A stretch of DNA of 64,000 nucleotides from Stylophora pistillata (GCF_002571385.2 NW_019217785.1:838859-902858); one strand, 5' to 3'; shown: positions 50,367 to 62,989, counted from the first letter of the stretch. Notes: a model not told the origin generated them from the letters alone. A program made the numbers and translations.

Positions 50367-53325
50367 GCAGTGTACACGTATAGATGCTATAATAAATAAA
50401 AGAACATAGGGCGCAAAGCGTAGCCTATGTCTTCTTAAGAAACATACGTCTATACAGATAACTATGTTTATGTCTAAAAACTACAACGAAATATTCCCTA
50501 AAAGTCTCTACAATATTCCCTAAAAGTATCTAAAACATTAAATACGCACTGTTACTTGTTGGTGGCCTTGAAGGTGCGGGCTATGTTAACCGAGCTTGAG
50601 AGCGTCGCTTTCTACATTTTTCTCAGGACTTCCTTGCTCCTATCGCCCACAAGCTTCTTCATTGTTTTCTCGAGCTCCTTCGACCACCCCCCTAGCACAT
50701 CGATAACAATGTTGAACTGCTCCACGCAATATCCAGGATATTGCTTTTTTAGCTCCCATTGCAGTGGGGCATATTTTCCCGTCTTTTCCTTCTTTTTTCC
50801 GCGGTTATCTAACCAGGGACAACTCATTTCCACCGCCCAGACTTGCTTCCTGTTGTGATCCACGAACCTAGCATTCACTCTGTTGGCCTTGACGTGACTA
50901 TGGTCGGCGTACACTGGTACATCCCAGTACGCTGGAGCATCCGAAGATTCGTACACTGGTTTGGGTGCTACTAACGAGTACCATGGTGGTACTGAGACCA
51001 CTAGCTTCAGGTCTTTACACACCTCAAAGAAAAGCACCTTTAGCACAGCGTTGTGTCGGTCCAAGTATTTCGACTGTGCTAAAGCAGAACACCCGGCTAA
51101 AACATGCGCAAGAGTTTCTGTTGCGCCTCCGCACAGCCTACACGTGGTCTCTCCTTGAGAAGTTCCTGTTTTGAGCTTTGTGTATACTCTAGTGGGTGTA
51201 AGCTGTTCGTAAAGCTCCAGTAGCCCGTTAATCGTATGGGTGGGCGCTGAGTTCCAGTCCCGCAGCCAAGCAAAGCACTCATCGTCGCTCAGGTCTTCAT
51301 CCTGCCACCTTGCGCACAAAAACCGTCCATGCCACAGCTCGCCCTTAACTTCTTCCTGCAACTTTTCGGTCACGGACTTCCTTAGATAACCCTTAACTTT
51401 CTTCCTGGATATAGAAATATTGGGTGCTTGGTGCGAGCTACACGACGGAATCGGATAGTCCAAAGTCAAGCTTGTTCCCAGTTCCTCCGTGTACTTGCAT
51501 GCCTCCTTAATCAACGACGTAAATCCCTTCTCGATCGCTCTCTCTTCAAACTTCTGCATTAGCCTCATGGTTGGATCGGAGTTCTGATGTAGCTTGATTG
51601 CAGACTTGATCTTAGTAAGATATTCTTGCTTAACAGAAAGCAGTCCACGACCACCCTTGTCCCTAGGAAGATACTGCATCACCGTGGAGCTAGGCGGATG
51701 TTTTCCTCCGTTCTCGCATATGATCTTCCTCGCCTCTCTATCAATGGATCGAAGTTCTGTAACGGGCCAGTGCTGGGTCCACATCAAATATGGGAGAACT
51801 GGGAATGCAAACTGGTTACTTGCAGTAACACGGTTAGCATCAGGAAGAGGGCTGCTCCAAATCACTGACAGTCTTTGAAGGTAAGATTTCGCTGCGCATT
51901 CTAGTGCCAACTTCTCATCCTGTATCACCGTCTCTTTCACCCCCAAAAACTTATAGCTTGAACCCTCCTTCAGATTTCCCACGAATCCCTCTTGACCCAT
52001 CCTCACACCCGCCGCATCTTTCACCTGCACTCCTCTTCTCACATGAAAGACATTGCACTTCTTGGGATTCCATGTAAGTCCAATGTCCTCCATGGCAGCA
52101 CTGGTAGATTTCAAAACTCTGTTAAGCTTGGCCTCTGACGAAGCAAAAACTTTCAAATCGTCGATGTACAATAGCTAGGAAACACTGGCACTGATAGGCT
52201 TCGACAGCCAATATCCCTCTGTAGCTTCAAGTGACCAAGCAACTGGATTCAAACACAGCGTTAAGAGGCGCGGGCAGAGCGAATCTCCCTGCGGCAAACC
52301 CCTGTTGAATCGAATGCAGCGAGAGGATTCGGGCTCACGTTTGGTAGTAGTAATAATTCTCGTATTCCAACTTGCAACCAAGCACCTCATGACTCTACAC
52401 AGCCAAGTAGGAAAGCGGTGAACTTCCATGATCTCAAGCAACTGTGATCCACCGAGTCATACGCCTTTTTTACATCAATCCAAGCCATGCTTTGGTTTCG
52501 TTTTCCTCTGTAACGATCTAAAGTCACCACTCTATCAATCAGCAGATTATCAGATGTCCCACTGCAGCCCGATTTGGCTCCCCTTTGTCCATTTTCTATC
52601 AGATCGAATTCATTCAGGTGGTTATCCGAAGGCATGACGTAAATGTTATTTAAGCAAGTTATTGGCCGCTGATTCTCGCTGCTGAATTCACCTGGTTTAG
52701 GGGTGAGTCGCGTTTTTCCCTCTGAAAACCAAATGGGGTATTCCTCAGTGCTTTTCGAGATACCCATAAAAGCTTTAGTGACTCCCTCATGCAGCACATG
52801 CGCACGCTTCCACCAATAGTTGACAAGACGGTCTGGGCCTGGCGCACTCCAGTTTCTTTTCTTGAGTAGACACCTAACAGCTTCAGAGCACTGTAGGTTC
52901 CAGGTCCCCTCAGACGGCATTGGTACTTTCCTAGCAATTGCTTCCTTGATCTTACTCAACCACTCTGCTTCCTTGTTTCCAGTCCCTATCGTCTCCCACA
53001 ACTGTATCCAAAAATTGCTTGCGTCCTCAATGTTCTCAAACCTGTCTCCGCTACTACCAGAGCCAGAGTCATTTTTAGAAATGTTCAGGTATTTAGGTCG
53101 ATCCTCCTCTTTGCTGCACAGAGCACCAAAATGTGAGTAAACCTTCCTTGTGTCTTGATTAAACTGGCGGTTAATAGATCTTGCTTCACCCAGATTTTTT
53201 CCTCTGACATATCAAGCCTTCAGTTTGCGTAACTGTGACTTTTTCTATTCCATATTATTAATCAGGTCAGATGACAAGATCTTTTTGCAGTCTTCTATCA
53301 AAATAGCCCGGTTTCTTCTTCCTTC
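50364..53325 (-). mobile_element. Decayed non-LTR retrotransposon with RT + CCHC + restriction-like endonuclease (R4/Dong-like), 5' truncated
   Basis: SAPGPD, QRPITCLN, AWIDVKKAYDSVDH, GLPQGDSLCP, YIDDLK, YKFLGV, GGRGL, CRLC..ETLAHVLAGC, YLDRHN and AVEMSCPW. Split over frameshifted ORFs 52387-53001, 52175-52441 and 50612-52171. Confidence 0.9.
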
Positions 53326-53336
53326 CTTCCTCCAGC

Positions 53337-54183
53337 ACGGGTCTCGTTCTGCATTTCCAGAGTCATGTTGACATTAAGTACAAGCGCAGCAAAGTTAACA
53401 CCATGGTGGATCGCGCTTATTGATTATCTTCTAACTGGTTATTCTTCTCGGAGGAATGTGACCGCCTTAGAAGGGTTTTTCATAACTTGAAATACCCAAA
53501 GCTACTGGTTGAAACTATAATCAAGCGGTTCGTTGAGAGAAGGATTTCATCTCAAGAGCCCTGTCCATCACCTGATTTACCATCGGCGACTGAGAGTAGT
53601 GTTACCCTTCAAGGACCAGTCTTCAGCTAATTATGTTAAACAACAACTGAACAATCTAAGTTCCAAGTTGAACGTCACTGTCCAACCAGTGTTTGTGAGC
53701 CCTAAGCTCGAGCAACAACTTAAGCGACATGAGACTAATCCCCCCATTGTCAACCTACAACGTCTCGTCTATGAATTTCAATGTAACCTGTGTGATGCAG
53801 GGTATGTGGGTTATACACGTGGTCACTTACACGAGCGCGTAAAAGGGCACACTAGAAAGTCATCTTCGATTTACAAACATTATAACCTCCAACACAATAG
53901 TGAAATGCCTGAACGCTTCATTGAGCAATTTCACATCATCACGAAATGTAGGGGCAAATTTGATTGCCTCGTTAAAGAAATGTAATACATTCCCATGCGT
54001 AAACCAACACTGAACGTGCAAACAGATTCCATCCGCGCCAAGGTGTTTGTTTAGGCCGTTTATTGTAATTAATGCTTATCTTGTACCTTTCCTTAGTTGC
54101 ATGCTAGTTAACTAGACTCATGATAAAGGAGTCATGATGATTCCGAAACGTCGAGCAGCAGTAAATTTTTCCTGGTTTTTTAT
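53337..54183 (+). mobile_element. Penelope-like element 3' fragment (RT thumb + GIY-YIG endonuclease), decayed
   Basis: TGLVLHFQSHVDIKYK at the start. LVYEFQCNLCDAGYVGYT.GHLHERVKGH, then CLVKEM*YI..RKPTLN. Internal stops and frameshifts. Confidence 0.85.
54114..54157 (+). ncRNA. Minimal type I hammerhead-ribozyme-like motif of the Penelope element (degenerate core)
   Basis: ctc-a-tgataaa-ggagtca-tga-tgattcc-gaaac-gtc-gag: stem II hairpin, GAAAC, GUC cleavage triplet and short stem I (ctc/gag). The CUGAUGA box is altered. Confidence 0.55.
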
Positions 54184-54231
54184 ATACCTATGATTTATGA
54201 ACGGTAATTCAACATTTGCCTTTCCAGTTCT

Positions 54232-57200
54232 TTAGGCGTGTGGATTAACCATAATCTTACATCCTTTCCCAGATTTGAGCAAGTCAAAAGCCTGCAATGT
54301 AACAGTTAACAGATCAGAATCACCCTGACTCGCTCACAAGGAATGGTTCTGTGTCGTGTATACTGAAATTGTGTGGATTAAAGTATGCCAGTGCTAGTTG
54401 GAAACAACAAGCATTTCAACAGGTCCACTAAGTCCTTTAATCTGTTAGACTGCAAGGCGATCAGTCAAACGATCGGCCATCAGTTAACCAGTCAATCAGT
54501 CCTTTTCTCATTTGAAATAGATTTAACACATCATTAAGAGCAGAAGGGATGGGGAATCACACAAAGGGTAAGACACCAAGTTATATAAGCAGTTTTCAAT
54601 TGTGTCGAAAGTAATCTGTGATTGCTTTCGTTTTCTTGAACTTCGCTCTGTGATTGGTCCAGAAAACTCTGCCACCCAGCCAGATTGAAAACCTAAACCA
54701 ATCGTGTTTTGGTCACTTGCGTTTTCCCGCGTTCCATCCAGTTTGCCTGTTTTACTGCGAGTTCTCAATGACTTACAATGATGTCGACTTTGTTGTGATC
54801 AATTTGGTTTTGTTCCTCGAAACTCAACTGAAAACTGCTCTAAACAGCCAGTTATTCAATCAATCCGTAACTCACCCGCATAGTCTAAAAAATCATTTCT
54901 GTGCCACCCTTGACAAGAAGATAAAACCTTGAAACAACCAATAAAACTTATTACCAGTGGGAGCTAACAAGTATTTAGATAACGTCACGTATAATGAAGA
55001 AATTCAAAGAGAGTGGCAATTCGTCTTACTTTTTCAAATTGGCTCATTGGTACCTCATGAGTAATGACCGGAGTTACATCAACCCTGCAAAGAAACAAGC
55101 TCAGATCAATTCGGATGTTTACAAAATTACGGAACATATTGTGATGAACTTTACAAGTCCGGTTTCTGCCTTTCCAAAACTTCCTTGCGCTCCTTATATT
55201 AAAGTTTAGTTTACCCTTACTTAACTTATTGTGTTTCAGTGTGGGGATCGACATATCAGTCTAATTCAAATCGTATTATTATTTTGCAAAAGAAGATAAT
55301 CAGAATCATATCTAAAGTTTCCTTTGATTCACATACCGATGTTCTTTTTAAAGAACATGGGATCTTAAAATTCTCGGACATCTATTTCTACCAAATAGGT
55401 AAATTTATGTATCTGTTTAAAAGAGGCTTACTACCTAATTATTTTCAAGATATATTTACTCTTGCTAGCCAGATACATTCTTATAATACAAGAAATTCCA
55501 GCTTTTTCTGCATACCGAATTGCGCTATATAAGAACTTATTATTAAATTACCTCATTGTCGAACTAATTTTCGAAAATTTTCAATTCGGTTTCAAGGTCC
55601 TAAGTTTTTCAACACACTAAGTCGGGAAATTATATACTCTGAAAGCATCAGCTTGTTTAGCAAAAAGCTTAAAAAAATTCCTCTTTCTTAGTTAAATATA
55701 TTCTTTGTTAAGCTAAACACCTTTTCTTTTTTTTTTTTTTTTATTTTTTTTTTTAACTTAATCTAAATTTTCATTCAGCACCTTTGATTTGTATGGTTTA
55801 TCCTATAGTTTAAGGGAGCCCAAACTTTATAAGCCCCCGGCTTCTAATAGGCTTCCTTGCTGTTACCTCGTCAGTTCCTTTGATTTTGAAATTAATTTAG
55901 TTAGAATAGTTCTTTTTATCTTTGATGTATCATAAATTTTGTATTCGGTTAATTTTTTTCTAGTAATGGCAAATAAAATGAAAGAATGAATGAACTTCAA
56001 CCGTAGGAGTCCTCGTCGGTTCGGATCAACGTTAGAAGTACCTGAGCAACGGCGCACCTACCCCTCCCATAGCTCTACATTAACCCTAAGTTGTTATTAA
56101 TTGACTGTTGCTGGGTTGGGGGGAGGGGAGGGTAGGCACATACTGTGCTCTAATATTGACATCTGTGATCCATTTAATGAGAGAATAGAAACGTGGTTAG
56201 CATGGTTGGCGTCACCCAACGTCAATGGCATTGAACTGACACAAGATTAGCACTGCCGCTGAAAACCGCCAGCTCCTGTTTGTCACGTTACGTTGCCCGT
56301 CGAGGCTACGTTTATGTTTTTTACCCTTACGGCCCTCGACAGCATTGAATATGCGTTCTAGCGAAGGGCTAACGGCCGAAAAGCTTCAGAAACTCCTTAC
56401 GGTGGCCAATTTACATAATTGACTCAGTCGATAAAAACAAATTATCTGGAATATAACTACGGTGACTAAGTTGTTATTGGGGTTAGGAGCTCAAAGGTAC
56501 GTTATAGATAGAAAGAATTCTACTAATTCATACTTGTTGTTAAACAGCAACTCTTCTGATTTTTCCCAAGTGCTGAAAATCTTCCTTCCATGAATTGTTT
56601 TTAATGTCAGAGACTTGAATAAAATATCTTGCAGAAAGTTTTCTACATGAAGAGGTTGCTGAAAAGCATTTAAAAGAAGAACCTTGAATAAACTCTGGAA
56701 AGTTTAACAGAGGGCTAACGAACTAGTCTAAGGCTAAGAAAACTGTTTCAAATAAAAACATCAGGCTCCGGTTGTTCAAAGGCCGGATAACGCTATCCAA
56801 CGGATAAATCGCTATCCAGCGGATAAGTGTTACCAAAACGTACAGCGCTATCCACTGGATAGAGATTTATCCAGTGTATAGCGTTATCCAGCCTTTCAGC
56901 GGAAAAGTGTTACCAAAACGTACAGCGGTATCCACCGGATAGAGATTTATCTAGTGTATAGTGTTATCCATCCTTCCAGCGGATAAGTGTTACCAAAACG
57001 TACAGCGGTATCCACCGGATAGAGATTTATCCAGTGTATAGCGTTATCCATCCTTCCAACAACCGGGGCCAGAGCAGAACTGCACTAAACAAGAACTACC
57101 AAGGCTTGGAAAAAACTTTTCGAGATTCCACGGAAAAGATACAAAAAAGCAAAAATTTTTACCTTAAGAAGTCCCACAAGAACAACCCTTCCTCCTTTTC

Positions 57201-60200
57201 TGCAACGAAACACTTCATGTTGTTAACATAAATCCATTTGCGTTCTGTCACAAATGCTGCAATCTGATTGGCTGCGCTACTCATTTTCTATTTATCAAAT
57301 GGATTCCATTTTGCCGTACGTTTGTTTAGCAATAGATCAGAGATGACGTCAAAATGTGGTGAGAACCAAAAGTGGCACACGGACGCGCAGCCAAGCGTGT
57401 CACTGATGTTCTTAGCCGGATAGATAGTGAGGAGCTTATGAGCCAGTGGAATTTGTGCCTGCGGGAAGTTTTCGGTAACTGAGGGAATTTGGTTAGTGCA
57501 GACTCGAAAGTATTGTCGGCAGCATACCACCACTTATTATTTGCCAGTGAAGAAAGCAATCTTGCGAGATCACAGAAGTAAGTATGCAGTTAAAAGAAAT
57601 CTTTACCTCAACAGGGAGAAACAGCTGTTTACTAATGGCGCTGCTCCCGAACACTCAACAAGGCAACCAATTCCATCACCTGAAGTTTCTCTCATAACTA
57701 GAGGGAAAGGGAACAACAACATTGATTAAAACTACATTACCAGCAAAAACTCTTTTTGATTGAGTGTCGTAAAACCAAACCAAAGTAATTAGAACGGAAA
57801 ATCAAAAGAAAGGAAAATGCCCCGGAGAGCCAAAGAGAACTCAAAGTAAAAACAAGCAAACCACCTAAAATACTGGACCAATCAGCAGTGGAAAGCAAAA
57901 CCAATGCAAGCCCGGGTTACTTTAGACACTTGTTCTAGTAGTAACAAATAAAACCAATAAGGAAACCACAATTTTATGAAAAAATTACATTAAATTAAAC
58001 AATATTTTTGGGTGGGAGTACTTTACCAGGGTGCTAGAATGGAGTACAGATACCTTAACTAAGTTGGAAACGAATGCAGGGTTCGTGCTCTTTCGAATCA
58101 CGATGGTCATCTTGTTCAAAGATCTTGTTCATGTTTTCCGCGCCCTACACGAGCACCCTACATAAGCGCCCTACATGAAAAGTTGGTCGGTCATGACAAT
58201 GCGAAAACGATCATTCTATTTCAAAAAATATATATTTAGTCATTTTACATGACTTTGGATGACCCTAATTTTCCAAGTTTTCCATGACCAATACGAACCC
58301 TGGAATCCAAATGAAACTGTCAAACCTATTTCATATTACGAAAAGTCCTAAGTGATCCACGACCTTACATTGAGTGACAGTGCTGCTCCTTAAAAGCTTC
58401 TTTCTTTTCCGACTCGAAACTTTTGATCTTTTGACCTATAAGCTGGATGGCATTGACCGACAACCCTCGTTAATGTTGCGTTTTTTCTTGAGCCGCTCCT
58501 ATTTCCTGTTATGTACCAACATTGACGAGGGGTGACCAGGCAGAAAGAGGACTTTAGCCTCATTTGTAGCTCCTCTCTCGGGCTGAGCGTTACGTGACAT
58601 CCCAACAACAGCTGAGAAGGAGAGCTCATAGACCACTTTCATAAATGGCCACGAGGCCAGAAGGGCTAATTTAAATTTAAACAAAAGAATATTAATCCGG
58701 CAGCCATTTATGAAAGTGGTCTATGACTCCACTGCGTTGCTCAAAGCAACAAGAACAGAAAACCCCATGACAGCGAGTGCACTTTGTTTTCGTGATTTTA
58801 TATGAGAACTTTGCGAGTCGCTATAGTTGCAGTTTTTCCGATTTTTGCTCATTACGTTCTCAACAAAATCAATTTCTAGGTCTGCTTTTATGACGTCAGT
58901 GCATTTTAATTGGAAGAGGTCTTTTCAACGGTTTGTACTCTGGGCATTTAACAAAGGGTCCCTATCTTGGATTATACCACTCCCTCTCCCTCCTGCAACT
59001 CTATTTTGACATTAAAAAAAAAAAAAGACAAACCGATATCTTTGAGATTTTCTGTCTTCCCATTTACTAGCACATCTGCACCCATTTGCTTTGCTTTTTG
59101 AAGTCTTTCTTCTACAATATCTGTGGCAATGCTGAAAAATAAAGAGATCGTTAACCTGTTAACCCAAAGAGTGACCAGCATCTAAATTCTCTCAGCATAA
59201 CAACTGAATCATTCATTAACCCTTTCACTCCCATAAGTGACCAAGACAGAATTTCTCCTTACAATATCGATACAATATCAAGCACACAAGTGATGAGAAT
59301 TGGGAAAAAAGAAATTCAGGGGATTATCAGTTGATCCTATACCAAATTCTCCAAACTAACAACATAAGAATTGCATGGCAGACACTAAAGAGAATTACTA
59401 ATAATATCTCGTGAGTGAAAGGATTAAGATTATGAGAATAAAGGCAAGGATTGCCAACTTGAGAAGCTTGGATTGCAACACAACTTCTCCTTGTCAGTAC
59501 AAAAGAAAATGTACAGCGAAGAATATGGAAAACATCGGTACTAATATTAAAGTGTGAAGGGTTAAAAAGTTAGTAAATCACACTTCATGGGTATCTTATA
59601 ATATAGTCCCATATTTGAACTGCAAGCCCCAGCTACAAAAAATTTGTTAAATTAGCCCAGGGTTCATTGTTAAGAGATAGGGTTTGTCAAAGGACTCTGG
59701 ACAGAGGGCTGACAGAATGGCTCATCTCTTGCACATTAGCTGTGGAGGTATTTCTGAGCCATGAATGGAGGCAAAATCTTGAAAGGGCCTCTATAGCTAC
59801 TCATTCAAATTGACCGGTACATGATGGGATTAAGTCAGATGAATTTTGAATCTTCAGGTTGTGTTAAGACCACTGCTACTGTAAATAGATAACTTGTGTA
59901 GGATTCTGAATATAGAGCAATCTTTGCAGTTATGAACGTTATTCACAATTTTTATTTTCACTTCTGCTCAAGTAGTGTTCATAACTGTGAAGATTGCTTT
60001 ATATTCATTTCTTAAACAGGGCTCGAAATTAACGGTAACCCGTTAACCAATGGTTAGTAATTTTCAACGTTTGGTTACTAAAAATGTGTCTAACTAACCC
60101 GACATGGTTGGTAAAATTTTCTAACATATTTAAACATTGGTGGATTTCAGGACAAAGAGCATGTAGACCCAACTCTCAGAGAAATACTTAGAATACTCAA

Positions 60201-62695
60201 GTTGTTAAATCAACTTAAACTCTTTTTAGAGAATGTGCTGTAGATGTACTGTTCTTGACTAATCATGGTAAACGAGAGGGAAATAGAATAAGTGCATAAT
60301 TGTCAACGTTTTTGAGGTCAACATGCAATTTCAGCTACTCTTTAATTTGTCCTAGTTGTTATTGTCTAAATGTTGAATATTTGAGATATCATAACTTGTG
60401 AGCTTGTATACCAAACTTTATAATTTGGTTAGTAGAGAAGATGTCTACTAACCCTAAGGGTTAGTGCTCCAAAAATTAAATTCGAGCCCTGTTAAACTTA
60501 CATAGGATTGTTTCATTAGATATAAACATGTCAAAAAATAATACATACATTTTGACAGCACCCATGCACTTGGCAATCCCAGCTGATATTAAGCCAATAG
60601 GACCACACCCTGAAGCAGAAATTATGTCAATACAAACAACAGTTTACAATGACTAATGGCACTGCATGGATAACAACCCACATGTACAGATACACTGGTT
60701 CACACATAAACAAGACTTAGCTTCTCTAATGCAATTATTGTATACTTTGTAAAAGGCAAAGCAGCCTTGTACAAAACACAACAAAGGACCTTCAAAGGAA
60801 TGAAACCCAGAAATTTTACAGTTTAATCCCATGAACCTAACCTTGGATAGATTGGAGTCCATTGCTTTATGATGAGGTTCAACATATTAAAATCAGGCAA
60901 GAGCACATTTTAAAATATGCATGTTATTCACTCTCCAAAACCAGTGGCAAGTCAACATATTATATCTCAGAGTTTTTCCATAACAGTGTCATTAGATAAT
61001 GCTATCAGTTTACATCAGATTGTTATCTGACCACAAGATTCCATAATCATTTTAAGCACCAAGAGGGGACAACCTTCAGATTCAATATAGAAACCAACTT
61101 AACAGAAAAAAAATCTGCTTCAAACACATAACTAACATACACCACTATCAACTGTTAACCTTGAATCAGTACAGTGTCTCCTCCAGGACAAACTTCTTCC
61201 ATTGCTTGATGTGCCACACCAAATGCTATCAGTAATCCATAAAAAATAAATGATTTCAAGGCAAACTATTGAACAAATTATTAGTGAATTTCATCTTGCT
61301 TATAAACAAAGGCTTACTCACGTTCCAAAAGGCAGGCCCTGTCCACATCCAGGTTTGTTTTCAACTGGTAGCAGTATTGCGCTGGAATAATGGTATACTG
61401 GGCACATCCTATAGAAGGACAATTCTGTAATCTCACTGTGTTTATCAAAAGGTGACTAAATGATTAGGAAGACAATTGCTTTGGCAGTTGAGATAACTTT
61501 GCCTTATAGTAGGTCTGATAAAAAAACATCAATTTGACCACTAATGAAAAATTCTATAATGTTTGTCAATTTCATTACCTCCATAGATTGTTCCTCTTCC
61601 ATGGCCAAACTGATTCAAGTTCTGGCAAATGTGGCGTAAGTCTAGTGGGTCAAATAACACAATCTGTAAATCCATTGGTTGAGTAATGATTTGTCACTTA
61701 TTTTTAAAATCACACCTCCCTTGAACCATTTTTGCACATTTTGACGAGTTTTATGTGATAACAAAATATCCTTGCTTACTCCTACCATGTGAACACTGAT
61801 AGCACTTTCCACAATAAAAGTGATTTTCGCAACAAATTCGCTGCCCAATGAAATATTTTTCATCACATTCAGGACCAACCTTCACAACCTAGAGACAAAA
61901 TAATTCATTAAGGAAAGGAAATTAATAATAAGTTGTAAAATAGAACACGACATCTATTACCTCTCCAACACACTCATGGCCAGGAATGAAAGGTAATGTG
62001 GCTATTGCCTTTGCAGCTATGAATAGATAACACGTGAACAAATTAGACTAAAAAACAAACTGATTTTTGGCGGCAAGAACAGTGATCAGTCATGATGTGT
62101 TACAATTATTGAAAGAGATGAGGCAATTTTAAAGCAATAAGACATCTCAGTTGGTAAATGCAACTTCCAAAGAAATGGAATGAACAAGAAACTGTAGATG
62201 GCATTAGGCAACCACACAATTTGCTAGTTTCCTAAAAAAGGTAAAAAATGTTAAAACAAACTATTCAGTAAAAAGAATAAGGCCTGAAGGTATTTTAACA
62301 CATGAAAAACGGAACTCCGTCTTCTAACCCAGACCCGGTCTTACCCTTCCCCTACAAATGTCACAGAAAGAGATTTTACAAAAATTGCTCTCTAGACTTG
62401 TAATATATTGTAATGTTGACATGAAACAGGGTGAAAGGGGCGCATCCTGACCCACATTTCGATGTTATCTATTGAATAAACAATGAAAATATGCGAATTA
62501 CATGTACAGATTCATTGAGTTTTCACCTTCGCCCCACTGGTACAATATGTTATCAGAACCACATATAGAGACTTTAAGAACTTTCACGAGCAATTCGCCG
62601 TTTCCTGGTTGTGGGACAGGAATTTCTTTGTACATATACGATGGTTTCTCCTCTTCCTTGATTAGAACTTTCATGCAATCCGGTAATTCAGACAT
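54232..62695 (-). CDS. Zinc-dependent (MDR) L-threonine 3-dehydrogenase-like protein, bacterial Tdh type; 13 exons, 356 aa
   Basis: Exons 62695-62527, 62016-61961, 61888-61786, 61641-61579, 61408-61322, 61225-61160, 60609-60549, 59131-59034, 57697-57607, 57199-57163, 56658-56534, 55084-55030 and 54291-54232; frame-consistent, 1071 nt. Motifs ICGSD..LYQW, PGHECVGEV, ENHFYCGKCYQCSHDLRHIC, LEPFGVAH, GCGPIG, ILFKSLTLKTIHGRKIFSTW and VTPVITH. Confidence 0.88.
55175..55994 (+). mobile_element. 5'-truncated CR1/L2-group LINE 3' end in a Tdh intron
   Basis: SLVYPYLTYCVSVWGSTY...LQKKIIRII...LFKEHGILK...HSYNTR. Ends aataaaatgaaagaatgaatgaa. Confidence 0.8.
56762..57071. mobile_element. Palindromic MITE with an internal 80-bp triplication
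   Basis: TIR caggctccggttgtt / aacaaccggggccag. cagcgga(t/a)aagtgttaccaaaacgtacagcg recurs at about 56817, 56897 and 56977. Confidence 0.85.
58077..58302. mobile_element. MITE with CAGGGTTCGT TIRs
   Basis: cagggttcgt ... acgaaccctg perfect 10-bp inverted ends. Confidence 0.7.
58627..58725. mobile_element. Short palindromic MITE
   Basis: catagaccactttcataaatggc ... gccatttatgaaagtggtctatg. Confidence 0.8.
59151..59565. mobile_element. Nested piggyBac-type MITEs (TTAA-CC...GG-TTAA)
   Basis: Outer ttaacc...gaagggttaa. Inner ttaaccctttcactc (59216) ... gagtgaaaggattaa (about 59426). Related decayed copies at about 31840-32047 and 38640-38850. Confidence 0.65.
60017..60491. mobile_element. MITE with CAGGGCTCGAA TIRs
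   Basis: cagggctcgaaatt ... aaattcgagccctg, flanked on both sides by ttaaa (putative TSD). Confidence 0.75.
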
Positions 62696-62989
62696 GTCGA
62701 CAGTTGGGTAAACCAAACATGAAGCACTGGTGACCAAACACTAGCACCCAACGAGAATGGACTGAAAAGTAGTGGGAGGGGAGGGTGGAGAATAATGAAC
62801 TAAATGCAATTTTTTTTTTCAAGTTTGAACAAAAATCGAGAATTTGAAGTTAACTCTTTACTTTAATTCAGGTGTTTTCTTTATTCTCCCATCCATATAG
62901 GAAGAGTTGCTAGTTCTGTAGCTTTTGAGAACAAGCAGCACATCTACGCTGCCTACCCCTGTAGCTAATTCCAGGGCAGAAACGGCAAG
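62696..62989. promoter_or_regulatory. Probable bidirectional promoter Tdh-like / KIFBP
   Basis: Divergent ATGs 294 bp apart. CAAGATGGCGG overlaps the KIFBP start. Confidence 0.6.

Noticed and set aside
42365-62695. Functional link between tRNA-Thr-like repeats and the threonine dehydrogenase-like gene (T-box-like control)
   Set aside because: The repeats are 11 kb or more away, in introns of other genes, and belong to a dispersed family. Coincidence is the simplest explanation.
34326-62695. DUF72 and Tdh as bacterial contamination or a recent HGT island
   Set aside because: Both have many spliceosomal introns containing host repeats, are interleaved with GORAB, TRIM-like and KIFBP genes, and are not adjacent to each other.
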